This document shows, one piece after another, positions 1 through 7,379 of a DNA stretch of 15,249 bases. Numbering within the stretch: the first letter of the stretch is position 1; each line of letters begins with the position of its first letter. The notes under the pieces are model-generated. The model was not told the origin of the DNA and did no database searches. It saw only the letters and a list, made by a program, of their open reading frames with translations. Source of the DNA: Desulfobacterales bacterium (lineage in GTDB: Bacteria > Desulfobacterota > Desulfobacteria > Desulfobacterales > UBA5616); assembly GCA_046483495.1 (NCBI GenBank), contig JAWODC010000037.1:1-15249 (forward strand), given 5' to 3'. The position numbers and the translations under genes were made by a program.

Positions 1-67
1 ACGCCGATTGGGCACCGATCGATCCGACCATTGCCAATGCCGCCGCTAATGCCACTGCTTTTTTCAT
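1..67 (-). CDS. 5' end of a secreted/periplasmic protein (partial, runs off the window); probably the next gene of the metal-uptake cluster
   Basis: ATG at 67-65 with SD CAGGAGG at 80-74. Translates MKKAVALAAALAMVGSIGAQSA..., a typical Sec signal peptide. Not in the ORF track. Confidence 0.75.
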   Translation of the reverse strand, partial: MKKAVALAAALAMVGSIGAQSA

Positions 68-155
68 GGTTCGCCTCCTGTGAGCTAAGGTTTTTGCTAT
101 GGAGACGCACGCAGCAGAATTTTCGTTTACAAAATAAATTCAAAATTCTTCATCC

Positions 156-200
156 CAACGCCGATATAGGGCCTGAGGGGAGGTTTTGAAACCTCTTCTA
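156..200 (+). repeat. Truncated (right-arm only) copy of the palindromic ERIC/RPE-like element
   Basis: caacgccgatatagggcc...ttttgaaacctcttcta aligns with the right arm of the 5339-5484 element read on the minus strand (caacgaagatattggggc...ttttgagacagcttgta); lengths 45 vs 44 nt. Its terminal TA overlaps the TAG stop of the 198..692 gene. Confidence 0.55.
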
Positions 201-692
201 AGGTTTCTCCTGTTTTTTGCGCCTCCACACATACGCGCCAAGGACAAGATTCAGCAGAATGCTCAGACCGAGAAACAGTTTGATGCCCATGGGCGCCTCT
301 GCAAATATGGCATTTTTTTCGTCCGAGATTCCATCCGTTCCCGTCTTAGAAAATTCGCCGGCGGTTTCCGGTTCACTTACCGTGACGGTTGCATGGACCG
401 CATGCCCCATACCGTCATTTACTTTCACCTGCCACTTTCCCGGTATGTCTGCCAAAAAAGCAAACCTGCCGTTTTGATCCGTGCGGCCGTTTTGATGCTC
501 TATTTTGTCGTTTTTCGGGCTGAAAACCAGGACCTCGGCAAACGCCATGGGCGTTTTGTCGGAATAGAAGAACTCCGCCGCAACCACCGCATCTTTGCCG
601 ATGAGGCGGTAGTCGGTACCATGGGCGAGAGCACTGTTAACAGGTGCGGCCGTCATCCATATCAAAGCCGAAAAAAAAAGCATTCGGTGCAT
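198..692 (-). CDS. Membrane-anchored periplasmic accessory protein of Ni/Co uptake (NikL/CbiL-like, DUF4198-related transthyretin-like domain)
   Basis: Signal peptide ending ALA|HGT; motifs YSDKTPMAFAEVLVFSP, GRTDQNGRFAF and DGMGH; C-terminal TM helix followed by RRKK. Start overlaps the upstream stop (TAATG at 692). Confidence 0.75.
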   Translation of the reverse strand: MHRMLFFSALIWMTAAPVNSALAHGTDYRLIGKDAVVAAEFFYSDKTPMAFAEVLVFSPKNDKIEHQNGRTDQNGRFAFLADIPGKWQVKVNDGMGHAVHATVTVSEPETAGEFSKTGTDGISDEKNAIFAEAPMGIKLFLGLSILLNLVLGAYVWRRKKQEKP

Positions 693-1417
693 TAGTTCAC
701 CTCGAATGTTAAAAAGGTCATAAATTTCAAATAGTCCAAACCGGAATTCTGTTCAGCGGGTATTCGGTGCGCTGCATACAGCAAGTGCATGCCGCCTTTT
801 TCAAAAGCTATTTCGGCTATGCCGTTCTCATCGGTTTTCGATTCCCGGTCAAGGTCGTCAAAAACCGAAATCCCTTCGAGAGGCCGGCCGTCAAACAGAA
901 CTTTAAAGGCTGCCGGCGTTCCCGGTGCCAGAGTCATGGGATCTGTTAGGGGCACCAATTCAAATTTCAATCCTAAGGGTTGACTGTTGCCTGCGGAGGG
1001 GGCGAACAGATTTTTTGAAAATTGCGTAGAAACAAATGCGCTCACAACCGTCAGGCCTGCTGTTTCGGCCGCCTGCCGGTTCATCAGTTTTTTGCCGCGT
1101 GTTGTGTTGACCCGGTCACCCCATTCGCTGACTACGGCCACCAGAGCAGGTTTTTCATTGGTGGTAAAGACGATTCGATCTTTTTCATTCAGCCGGTTTA
1201 CGGAAAGTTCGGTTCCATCGGGGGCCTTGGCTGAAATATGCTTTATACAGGACGGATCATAGGGGTCAAGGCGGTCTCCGATGATGCCCCTGCACACCCC
1301 ATAGGTGTCATCCCCTTCCTGGACCCAGAGATGATGGGCAAAACAAACACTTGCGGCACACCACATGCCTGCCATAGCCGCCGCGAACACCAACGCATTT
1401 TTTAAGCATCTTTTCAT
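692..1417 (-). CDS. DUF4198 family periplasmic protein (NikK-like component of Ni/Co uptake loci)
   Basis: Signal peptide ending CFA|HHLWV; DUF4198-type C-terminal motifs PLGLKFELVPLTDP, FKVLFDGRPLEG and KTDENGIA; SD AAAGGAG at 1433-1427. Confidence 0.85.
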   Translation of the reverse strand: MKRCLKNALVFAAAMAGMWCAASVCFAHHLWVQEGDDTYGVCRGIIGDRLDPYDPSCIKHISAKAPDGTELSVNRLNEKDRIVFTTNEKPALVAVVSEWGDRVNTTRGKKLMNRQAAETAGLTVVSAFVSTQFSKNLFAPSAGNSQPLGLKFELVPLTDPMTLAPGTPAAFKVLFDGRPLEGISVFDDLDRESKTDENGIAEIAFEKGGMHLLYAAHRIPAEQNSGLDYLKFMTFLTFEVN

Positions 1418-1437
1418 TTTTTACGGCTCCTTTTCAA

Positions 1438-1577
1438 TGTCCATCCGGAAACAGGCAATTTCGCGCGAGTTCAAGGCGGGCGCAAGATCGAAACCGCAGG
1501 AATCGTGTGCTGTTTTGAAGATTTCGATCTTGCGTCCAACGCAGAAATCGCGTGAAAGGGCCATTTATGGATGGACA
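1438..1577 (+). repeat. ~140-bp imperfect palindromic intergenic element (ERIC/RPE-like, MITE-like)
   Basis: Terminal IR tgtccatcc (1438-1446)/ggatggaca (1569-1577). Inner stem ggcgcaagatcgaaa (1479-1493)/tttcgatcttgcgtc (1522-1536). Motifs tcaaggcg, ccgcagg, tgaaga and caacgcaga. Confidence 0.85.
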
Positions 1578-1581
1578 CGTA

Positions 1582-3642
1582 TTAAAATTCGAATTTCACA
1601 CCGCCGGTGACAATCAGGCCCGGGGCGATGGTGTCCGCCCGGCCCTGCGCTCGAAAAATTGGATACGCTTCATCGAAAAGATTTTCAGCATTGATATAGG
1701 CGGTGAAGCGATCGAGAAATCTGCGCGAGACCGCGGCATCCAGGGTAAAATAGCCGCTGTCTTTGAACGTGTTTTCGTTATCGAAGTAGATATCGGCGTA
1801 ATAATTGCCTATCACGGATACATTCACGATTTTCGGGTTTTGGTAATGAAATCCCACATGGACATTGTGCCGGGGGTCGTTGGGCAGGTAGTTGCCCTCC
1901 AAGTCGGCATTGTTTTCATCCTCTTTTACCTCGGACACGTTGTAGGTGTAGTTGGCAAACAGGGTGAGATCGGATAGGGCATACCACGCGAGTTCGGTTT
2001 CGATTCCGTAAATATCCACCTCGCTGATGTTGTCCAGCTGATACTCAAACCGGGTTTTTCCGCCGGCAAACGTGCCGGTGCCGGTGAGGCGATCACCGAT
2101 ATAATCTTTGGCAAATGACTGGTAAAATGTCAATCTGCCCCAGAGGTTGTTTGTCAAAAAACGCTCCACTCCCACATCGTAGGACCATATTTTTTCAGGC
2201 TCCAAATCGGGGTTGGCCTCACGATAAAAAGTGCCGCCTCCACGGACATGAACCTTGTAAAGCTCGAACAGGCTCGGGGCCCGAAAGCCTTTCCCGCCGG
2301 ATGCCCGAAATGTGGTGCTGTCATCCGGATGCCAGGCGACACCCAGCTTGGGAGAGAAACCGCCCTCCGTTTGGGAGTCGAACGTATTGTCATAAGCCGG
2401 CTTTCCGGCGCTGCCCTGGCTGTCCCGGTTGGCGCCGTCCGAGGTTTTAATCCAGTCATAACGGGCCCCGAGGTTAAAAATCAGGCTGTTATCCCAAAAG
2501 CGGAGATCCAAACTTGCAAAGGGCGAAATGAAGCGCTGCCTGCCTTCTGCTCCGACATCCCGTATTGAAGAAACATATTCATCATCGTAATCCCAGGAGG
2601 CTTCCTTGTAAGCTGCACCCAAGGTGAAGTTCGACTGCGAACCGAACGGTATGGTTCCCTGAAAATCGGCGCCCCATGTCGTGGAAGGCATCTCCTCCAT
2701 GCGTAACAGTGACGAGTAGTCATCTTTTGCCGTATCCTGAAATGCCGTTTTGTCGGCTCGATTATAATACAGCAGCCCTTTGAGATCGAAAAGGTCCCCG
2801 TTGTGGCTGTAGTTCATCCAATATTGATCCAGGGTCAACTCGTCATAAAAGAATCTTCTTCCTTTCCCTGTTTCGTGATCGTAGTACAATCCGGTTATAG
2901 CGATATCGGATGCAGGGGTCAGATCATAGGTCACCTTGCCGAAAACTTTGCCGACTTCACGGTATCGTTTAATCTCGTAATCTTCCGGGTTTTCAACCAT
3001 GTAAAACCCATCGCTTTCTTCATAACCGCCGGCCGCCATCAATCCGATGCCCTTGATTTTCTGACTGTGATAACCGTGTCCGCCGTAGGTCTCGGCAGTG
3101 CCGGCTTCACCTCGGATCGACGTTTGCCTCTGAGCATTCGGCTTTTTGGTAATGATATGGATCACACCGCCAAGCCCCTCCGATCCGTAGAGCGCCGAGG
3201 TCGGACCCCTCACGATTTCGATACGCTCGATGGCTTCTTTTGGAATGTGGCCCCAGGCAACCCAGGCAATGGCGTTGTTGAAATTGTCGTTCTGCGGCAC
3301 CCCGTCCACCAGAATCAGAATGCGGTTGTTGCCCACACCGCGCATTTTCAACGGGCTTACGATGCCGTTTGTCTGCAGACCGTAATGCCGGAAATTATAC
3401 ATGCCCGGTACACTGCGAAGGATGTCTTCCACACGGTCGAAGGGAGAAGCCATGAGTTCCTCATTGGAGATGACCGTCACGCTCTGGGGCGCATCGAACA
3501 CCGGTATTTCGGAGCGGGTTGCCGAAACCACCACCTCATCCACGCGATACACATCCGTTGACGTTTCCTGCGCCGACAGCGACAGCGGGCATCCAAGAAC
3601 CGCAAGAGCCGATAAAACGCCGATCCACTTTAACCAGGCCAC
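1582..3642 (-). CDS. TonB-dependent outer-membrane receptor (probably Ni/Co or metallophore uptake)
   Basis: GTG start with SD AAGGAGG at 3656-3650; signal peptide; TonB box DEVVVSATR; plug motif IERIEIVRGPTSALYGSEGLGGVIHIITKK; barrel motifs FRAPSLFELY, NPDLEPE and NAENLFD; C-terminal Phe. Substrate inferred from neighbouring genes. Confidence 0.95.
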   Translation of the reverse strand: MAWLKWIGVLSALAVLGCPLSLSAQETSTDVYRVDEVVVSATRSEIPVFDAPQSVTVISNEELMASPFDRVEDILRSVPGMYNFRHYGLQTNGIVSPLKMRGVGNNRILILVDGVPQNDNFNNAIAWVAWGHIPKEAIERIEIVRGPTSALYGSEGLGGVIHIITKKPNAQRQTSIRGEAGTAETYGGHGYHSQKIKGIGLMAAGGYEESDGFYMVENPEDYEIKRYREVGKVFGKVTYDLTPASDIAITGLYYDHETGKGRRFFYDELTLDQYWMNYSHNGDLFDLKGLLYYNRADKTAFQDTAKDDYSSLLRMEEMPSTTWGADFQGTIPFGSQSNFTLGAAYKEASWDYDDEYVSSIRDVGAEGRQRFISPFASLDLRFWDNSLIFNLGARYDWIKTSDGANRDSQGSAGKPAYDNTFDSQTEGGFSPKLGVAWHPDDSTTFRASGGKGFRAPSLFELYKVHVRGGGTFYREANPDLEPEKIWSYDVGVERFLTNNLWGRLTFYQSFAKDYIGDRLTGTGTFAGGKTRFEYQLDNISEVDIYGIETELAWYALSDLTLFANYTYNVSEVKEDENNADLEGNYLPNDPRHNVHVGFHYQNPKIVNVSVIGNYYADIYFDNENTFKDSGYFTLDAAVSRRFLDRFTAYINAENLFDEAYPIFRAQGRADTIAPGLIVTGGVKFEF

Positions 3643-3695
3643 TGTTTTTCCTCCTTTTAATGTTTAAATGACGAAAAAAATCGTTTTCGTTCAAC

Positions 3696-3745
3696 AAAAA
3701 AACCACGAAGGTGCATCCCGATTGGGGTGCATGGACCTTCGTGGT
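3696..3745 (-). terminator. Intrinsic terminator inside the 5' leader of the TonB receptor operon (attenuator terminator)
   Basis: Minus-strand RNA ACCACGAAGG-UCCA-UGCACCCC-AAUC-GGGAUGCA-CCUUCGUGGU then UUUUUU: a 10-bp outer stem plus a 7/8-bp inner stem. It ends about 55 nt before the receptor start and lies about 200 nt downstream of the previous gene's stop. Confidence 0.8.
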
Positions 3746-3806
3746 CTCGTTTATTCCAATGATATGTAATTTAGTCTATCTCGGGCGAGACAGTAATCCG
3801 CATGCA
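3728..3806 (-). promoter_or_regulatory. Putative antiterminator helix, mutually exclusive with the terminator
   Basis: Nested pairings: UGCAU(3806-3802):AUGCA(3732-3728), GGAUU(3799-3795):GGUCC(3737-3733, two G-U pairs) and GUCUCG(3791-3786):CGAGAC(3749-3744). The 3' partners lie in the terminator's 5' arm. Found by eye, not folded computationally. Confidence 0.55.
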
Positions 3807-3862
3807 GTCATCTTTATATAACATTGATATGCAAGATCTTTAAAACGTTCCGGCATCTTCAT
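3776..3862 (-). CDS. Putative leader peptide (uORF), 28 aa: MKMPERFKDLAYQCYIKMTACGLLSRPR
   Basis: Open frame from ATG 3862 to TAG 3778-3776, stopping about 30 nt before the terminator. Cys14 and Cys21. No SD, so possibly near-leaderless. Below the ORF track's size cut-off. Confidence 0.55.
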   Translation of the reverse strand: MKMPERFKDLAYQCYIKMTACGLLSRPR

Positions 3863-3871
3863 GATGCGATT

Positions 3872-3906
3872 ATGATACAAAAACCATATATCCGGTAAAA
3901 TGTCAA
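3872..3906 (-). promoter_or_regulatory. Candidate sigma70 promoter for the leader/TonB receptor operon
   Basis: TATCAT at 3877-3872 with TTTACC at 3899-3894 (16-nt spacer). A perfect TTGACA at 3906-3901 is also present but lacks a good -10 at 17 nt. Confidence 0.35.
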
Positions 3907-3941
3907 GAATAAGCCAAGCGCCTTTCACCGCAAGACCGGGT

Positions 3942-4600
3942 TTAGAACACCACGTCTTCGAGATTCACCGGAGCGTGCGTCATCGGGCGGCACCCGTCTT
4001 TTGTGACCAGAACGGTGTCGGAGTGGCGAAAACCGCCGATGCCTTCCATATAGATGCCCGGCTCGATGCTGATAACCATGTTTTCTAAAAGCACGTTTTC
4101 ACTGCCCAGTGCAATCCAGGGGGGTTCGTGTCCTGTGATGCCGAATCCATGACCCGTTCGGTGCAAAATATTCTCACCGAACCCCCTTTTCCTGATAAGG
4201 TGCAAAACCTGCCGGTCGATCTCGGCTGCGTGTACACCCGGTCTGATCAGGTCAAATGCCAATGTGCGCGCTTCCATCATGGCTGAAAAAGGCGCCTTTG
4301 CCGATTCCGGTATTTCGCCGATAAAAAAGGTGCGCTCGAGTTCGGCGGAATACCCATCCGCCTGGGCTGTTACGATCGTGACGTTCGGGCCGCCGGTTTT
4401 TAGTGAATCGAACAATCCCGGAACGCAGTGCGGTTGGGCGGAAAGGGCACCCGGCCATACGGCGCACACCGTTTTGGTCAGGTTTGAGCGGCAATGTAAT
4501 AATCGAGTCCCAAATCCTCCATCATAGATCTTACCTTGAAGAGACGGGATTCGAGTTCTGCCGATTCCGGCGGCGACATTATAGGCGAAATCGCATCCAT
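3942..4600 (-). pseudogene. M24 family (Xaa-Pro peptidase/creatinase-like) hydrolase, internally deleted and frameshifted
   Basis: ATG 4600 (SD AAAGGA) gives MDAISPIMSPPESAELESRLFKVRSMMEDLGLDYYIAAQT, then TGA at 4480-4478; this is the start of a Creatinase_N-type domain. The catalytic half (DGYSAELERT, HRTGHGFG..HEPP, IEPGIY, GGFRHSD) follows immediately in another frame. Total is about 220 codons versus roughly 350-400 for intact members. Confidence 0.75.
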
Positions 4601-4620
4601 CTTATTTTGTCCTTTGATTA

Positions 4621-5223
4621 TCAGGAAACCAGCACGGCGCCGGCACGACGGGCTTTTTCCAGCAGCGGTTTATCATTGGCCGCTGATTTTCGATCATTGT
4701 CCGTGCCGTACTGATGCAGCATTTCATAGCTGCCGGCCCCAAGCGAGAAGGGTATCAGGTTGAACCATTCGTTCAGGTGATCGTACAGTTGCGGCAGCAG
4801 CGGCGCCGGCTCGGGATCGCCGCGGGAAATGACGAACACGAAATTTTTGCCTGTTGGAAAAGCCGATTCGTAGGTCGACTCTCCGGTTTCCGGATTTTCC
4901 CCGAAGCCGATAAAACTGTAAAGGCGATCCACCAGCATTTTGAACTGGCCGGAGACCTGGTACCAGTACACCGGTGTCCCCATCACGATACCGTCATACG
5001 CGGTCATTTCCTGGAGCAGCGGGGTAAGGTCATCTTTTTGGACGCATTTACCGAGGTGCTTTTTGCACCCTTCGCATCCGAGGCAGCCGTTGATGTTCAA
5101 GTCTCTTAGATTTACTAGACGGGTTTGGGCTCCCCTTGCGGCTGCCCCGTCGAGTACCGCTTCCACCAGGGTTTGCGTGTTCGCATTTTTCCTGGGACTG
5201 GCGTTGATGCCGATGACGTTCAT
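4621..5223 (-). CDS. Iron-sulfur flavoprotein-like flavodoxin family protein (NADPH-dependent FMN reductase fold)
   Basis: N-terminal INASPRKNANT FMN phosphate loop; CLGCEGCKKHLGKC (Cx2Cx2Cx6C); GTPVYWYQVSGQFKMLVDR; SD AAGGAGA at 5237-5231. Confidence 0.9.
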   Translation of the reverse strand: MNVIGINASPRKNANTQTLVEAVLDGAAARGAQTRLVNLRDLNINGCLGCEGCKKHLGKCVQKDDLTPLLQEMTAYDGIVMGTPVYWYQVSGQFKMLVDRLYSFIGFGENPETGESTYESAFPTGKNFVFVISRGDPEPAPLLPQLYDHLNEWFNLIPFSLGAGSYEMLHQYGTDNDRKSAANDKPLLEKARRAGAVLVS

Positions 5224-5338
5224 ATAATGATCTCCTTATAAGTAGGGATGATGGCCATCGCGGCATGTGACCGGCGATTTTCATCAAAATTGAACTGTTC
5301 ACGATTAGACTATGCTTTGTCACCCGGTCATGATAGAT

Positions 5339-5484
5339 TACAAGCTGTCTCAAAATAATCTTCTGCCCCAATATCTTCGTTGAAACCGCATGTTAAGTCC
5401 TCAACATACATGAGTATGCCTGCGGCTTAACATGCGGTTTCGCCTTGATCTTGAACCAAAATATTTATTTTGAGATAGCTTGTA
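5339..5484 (-). repeat. 146-bp palindromic intergenic element (same family as 1438-1577, opposite orientation)
   Basis: 19/20 terminal IR (5339-5358 vs 5465-5484) with TA ends; perfect 15-bp inner stem aaaccgcatgttaag (5383-5397)/cttaacatgcggttt (5426-5440); small central hairpin catac-atga-gtatg. Confidence 0.9.
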
Positions 5485-5526
5485 GTTTTTATAATATATT
5501 TGGGCAAATCAGACAAGGAGGAAGGC

Positions 5527-6099
5527 ATGAAAGTCGTCGCATTTAACGGCAGCCCCAGGAAGCAGGGCAACACCCGCATCTTGATCGACAAAGTGTTCAA
5601 GGAACTGAATCGGGAGGCGATAGAGACCGAACTGGTTCAACTCGCCGACAAAAAAATGAAGGGATGCATCGCCTGCTACAAGTGTTTTGAAAACCAGGAC
5701 CGGCGATGTGCGGTGAAGGACGACGGGGTGAATGAATGCATCGAAAAAATGATCGAAGCGGACGGCATCATTTTTGGATCGCCCACCTACTTTTCCAATG
5801 TTACCGCAGAGATGAAGGCATTGATCGACCGATCCGGCCTGGTCGCCACCGCGAACGGTTTCATGTTCAAGCGAAAGGTCGGTGCCGGTGTCGTTGCAGT
5901 CCGTCGTGCCGGAAGTGTTACGACCTTCGATGCCCTGAACCATTTTTTTTTGTACCACCAGATGGTCGTTCCGGGATCATGCTACTGGAACATGTCCATC
6001 GGCTTGAATCCGGGAGATGTGACGGGGGATGACGAGGGCCGCAATATCATGAAGGTGCTGGGTCAGAACATGGCCTGGCTGTTGAAAAAATTGAAATGA
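5527..6099 (+). CDS. Iron-sulfur flavoprotein (Isf-type multimeric flavodoxin)
   Basis: ATG 5527 after SD AAGGAGG (preferred over TTG 5500); FNGSPRKQGNT; CIACYKCFENQDRRC (Cx2Cx2Cx7C); GSPTYFSNV; RRAG motif. Confidence 0.92.
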   Translation: MKVVAFNGSPRKQGNTRILIDKVFKELNREAIETELVQLADKKMKGCIACYKCFENQDRRCAVKDDGVNECIEKMIEADGIIFGSPTYFSNVTAEMKALIDRSGLVATANGFMFKRKVGAGVVAVRRAGSVTTFDALNHFFLYHQMVVPGSCYWNMSIGLNPGDVTGDDEGRNIMKVLGQNMAWLLKKLK

Positions 6100-7379
6100 A
6101 AGAGAATCTCCTGAAAAACGCGTTAAAGCATCGATGGGGCAGCCTGGATTTAAGGTCCCTCGCCGCCGGTCCTGCCAAAAAAAGGATGGCCACACTCAAT
6201 GAATGGGCGCCTCCCGAAGGCATCAAGCCCCGACGGGATCTTTTATATCTCAGCGTCGGCATACCGGATTCCGAAGGACTTCCGCGAGATGAACTGCAAA
6301 AGGCCATGCAGCAGGTGATGGCCCGCCGGGATGATACCCCCCTGCGGTATGGGTTCGGCCAAGGTTATTTTCCCATCCGAGATTTTCTTGCCCGGCGGTA
6401 TACGCGGAAAAACCGGTTTGATACAACACCGGACTGGTTTCAGATGTGCAACGGGTCATCCGGTGCTATTGACCTGGTGGTGAGATCTTTCATCGATCCG
6501 GGTGATGTCGTTATCACCGAGTCTCCCGTCTACATGGGAAGCCTGGGGAATTTCATCGGAGTGGGTGCCGAGGTGTCTTCCGTAAACGTCGGCCCCGGCG
6601 GTATGGATCCGGCCGAATTGCGAAACACCGTCTTGTCGCTGAAGAAAGCCGGCCGGCGGGTAAAGATTGTTTATACCATTTCCACCTTTCAGAATCCCAC
6701 CGGCGTCACCATGAGCCGGAACCACATGGAAGCATTGCTTCGACTGGCTTCCGAGGAAGGGTTCCTTATCCTGGAAGACGCTGCGTATGAAGAACTTTAC
6801 TATGACCAAGTCGTGGCAGATACGCTGTTTTCGATGTCCGAGGGGTATGGCGTCATTTCGGTGGGCAGCTTTTCAAAAACCGTGGCGACCGGACTTCGAA
6901 TCGGTTGGATGCAAGCCCGTCCCGAATGTATCCGCCTTATGTCCCGGATGCGGTTCGATATGGGACAGAACCAAATGGCCCTCCAGATGATGGGGCGCTT
7001 TCTGGCTGATGGCTGCCTGGAACCCCATCTGGACAAGATGCGGCGGTTGTACAAAAAAAAGATGGAAATGTGTGCCGAATCCGTGCAGCAGAAGATAAGC
7101 GATTACATCGGCTTTATTCGTCCCCGGGGCGGCTTTTATTTGTGGGCGGAGCTCGCCCGGGGAATTCGCGCGGAAGATGTATGGCGGACGGCCGCCGAAG
7201 AGGGTGTCGCTGTGAATCCGGGGTATTCGTTTTTTCCCGACCAGGGGCTGACAAGAGGCGAATTTCTTCGGATTGCGTATTCCTGGACACCCATGGAAGC
7301 ATTGGAGGAAGCCGTCAGCCGCCTGGCCTGCGCCGTTTGCCGCGTGGCGGACGGTGATGCGACAACTACAACTATCTGA
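6096..7379 (+). CDS. PLP-dependent aminotransferase class I/II (ARO8/LysN/MocR-like catalytic domain, no HTH)
   Basis: FQNPTG, ILEDAAY, GSFSKTVATGLRIGW (PLP lysine), PRGGFYLW and FLRIAYS; ATGA overlap with the upstream stop. Confidence 0.92.
   Translation: MKENLLKNALKHRWGSLDLRSLAAGPAKKRMATLNEWAPPEGIKPRRDLLYLSVGIPDSEGLPRDELQKAMQQVMARRDDTPLRYGFGQGYFPIRDFLARRYTRKNRFDTTPDWFQMCNGSSGAIDLVVRSFIDPGDVVITESPVYMGSLGNFIGVGAEVSSVNVGPGGMDPAELRNTVLSLKKAGRRVKIVYTISTFQNPTGVTMSRNHMEALLRLASEEGFLILEDAAYEELYYDQVVADTLFSMSEGYGVISVGSFSKTVATGLRIGWMQARPECIRLMSRMRFDMGQNQMALQMMGRFLADGCLEPHLDKMRRLYKKKMEMCAESVQQKISDYIGFIRPRGGFYLWAELARGIRAEDVWRTAAEEGVAVNPGYSFFPDQGLTRGEFLRIAYSWTPMEALEEAVSRLACAVCRVADGDATTTTI

Noticed and set aside
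186..3561. Plus-strand ORFs 186..695, 1552..1977, 2803..3561 and similar
   Set aside because: Antisense shadows of well-supported minus-strand genes, with no recognisable motifs.
3840..3910. NikR/Fur/Zur operator
   Set aside because: Only partial AT-rich half-sites (e.g. GTATCAT); no convincing dyad.
3643..3941. Cobalamin or NiCo riboswitch upstream of the TonB receptor
   Set aside because: No B12-box/GGGAA core or NiCo four-way-junction motifs visible by eye; the uORF plus terminator explains the region better. An Rfam scan would settle it.
4478..4480. TGA as selenocysteine in the M24 gene
   Set aside because: Read-through continues in a non-M24 frame and soon stops; the catalytic domain is in a different frame.
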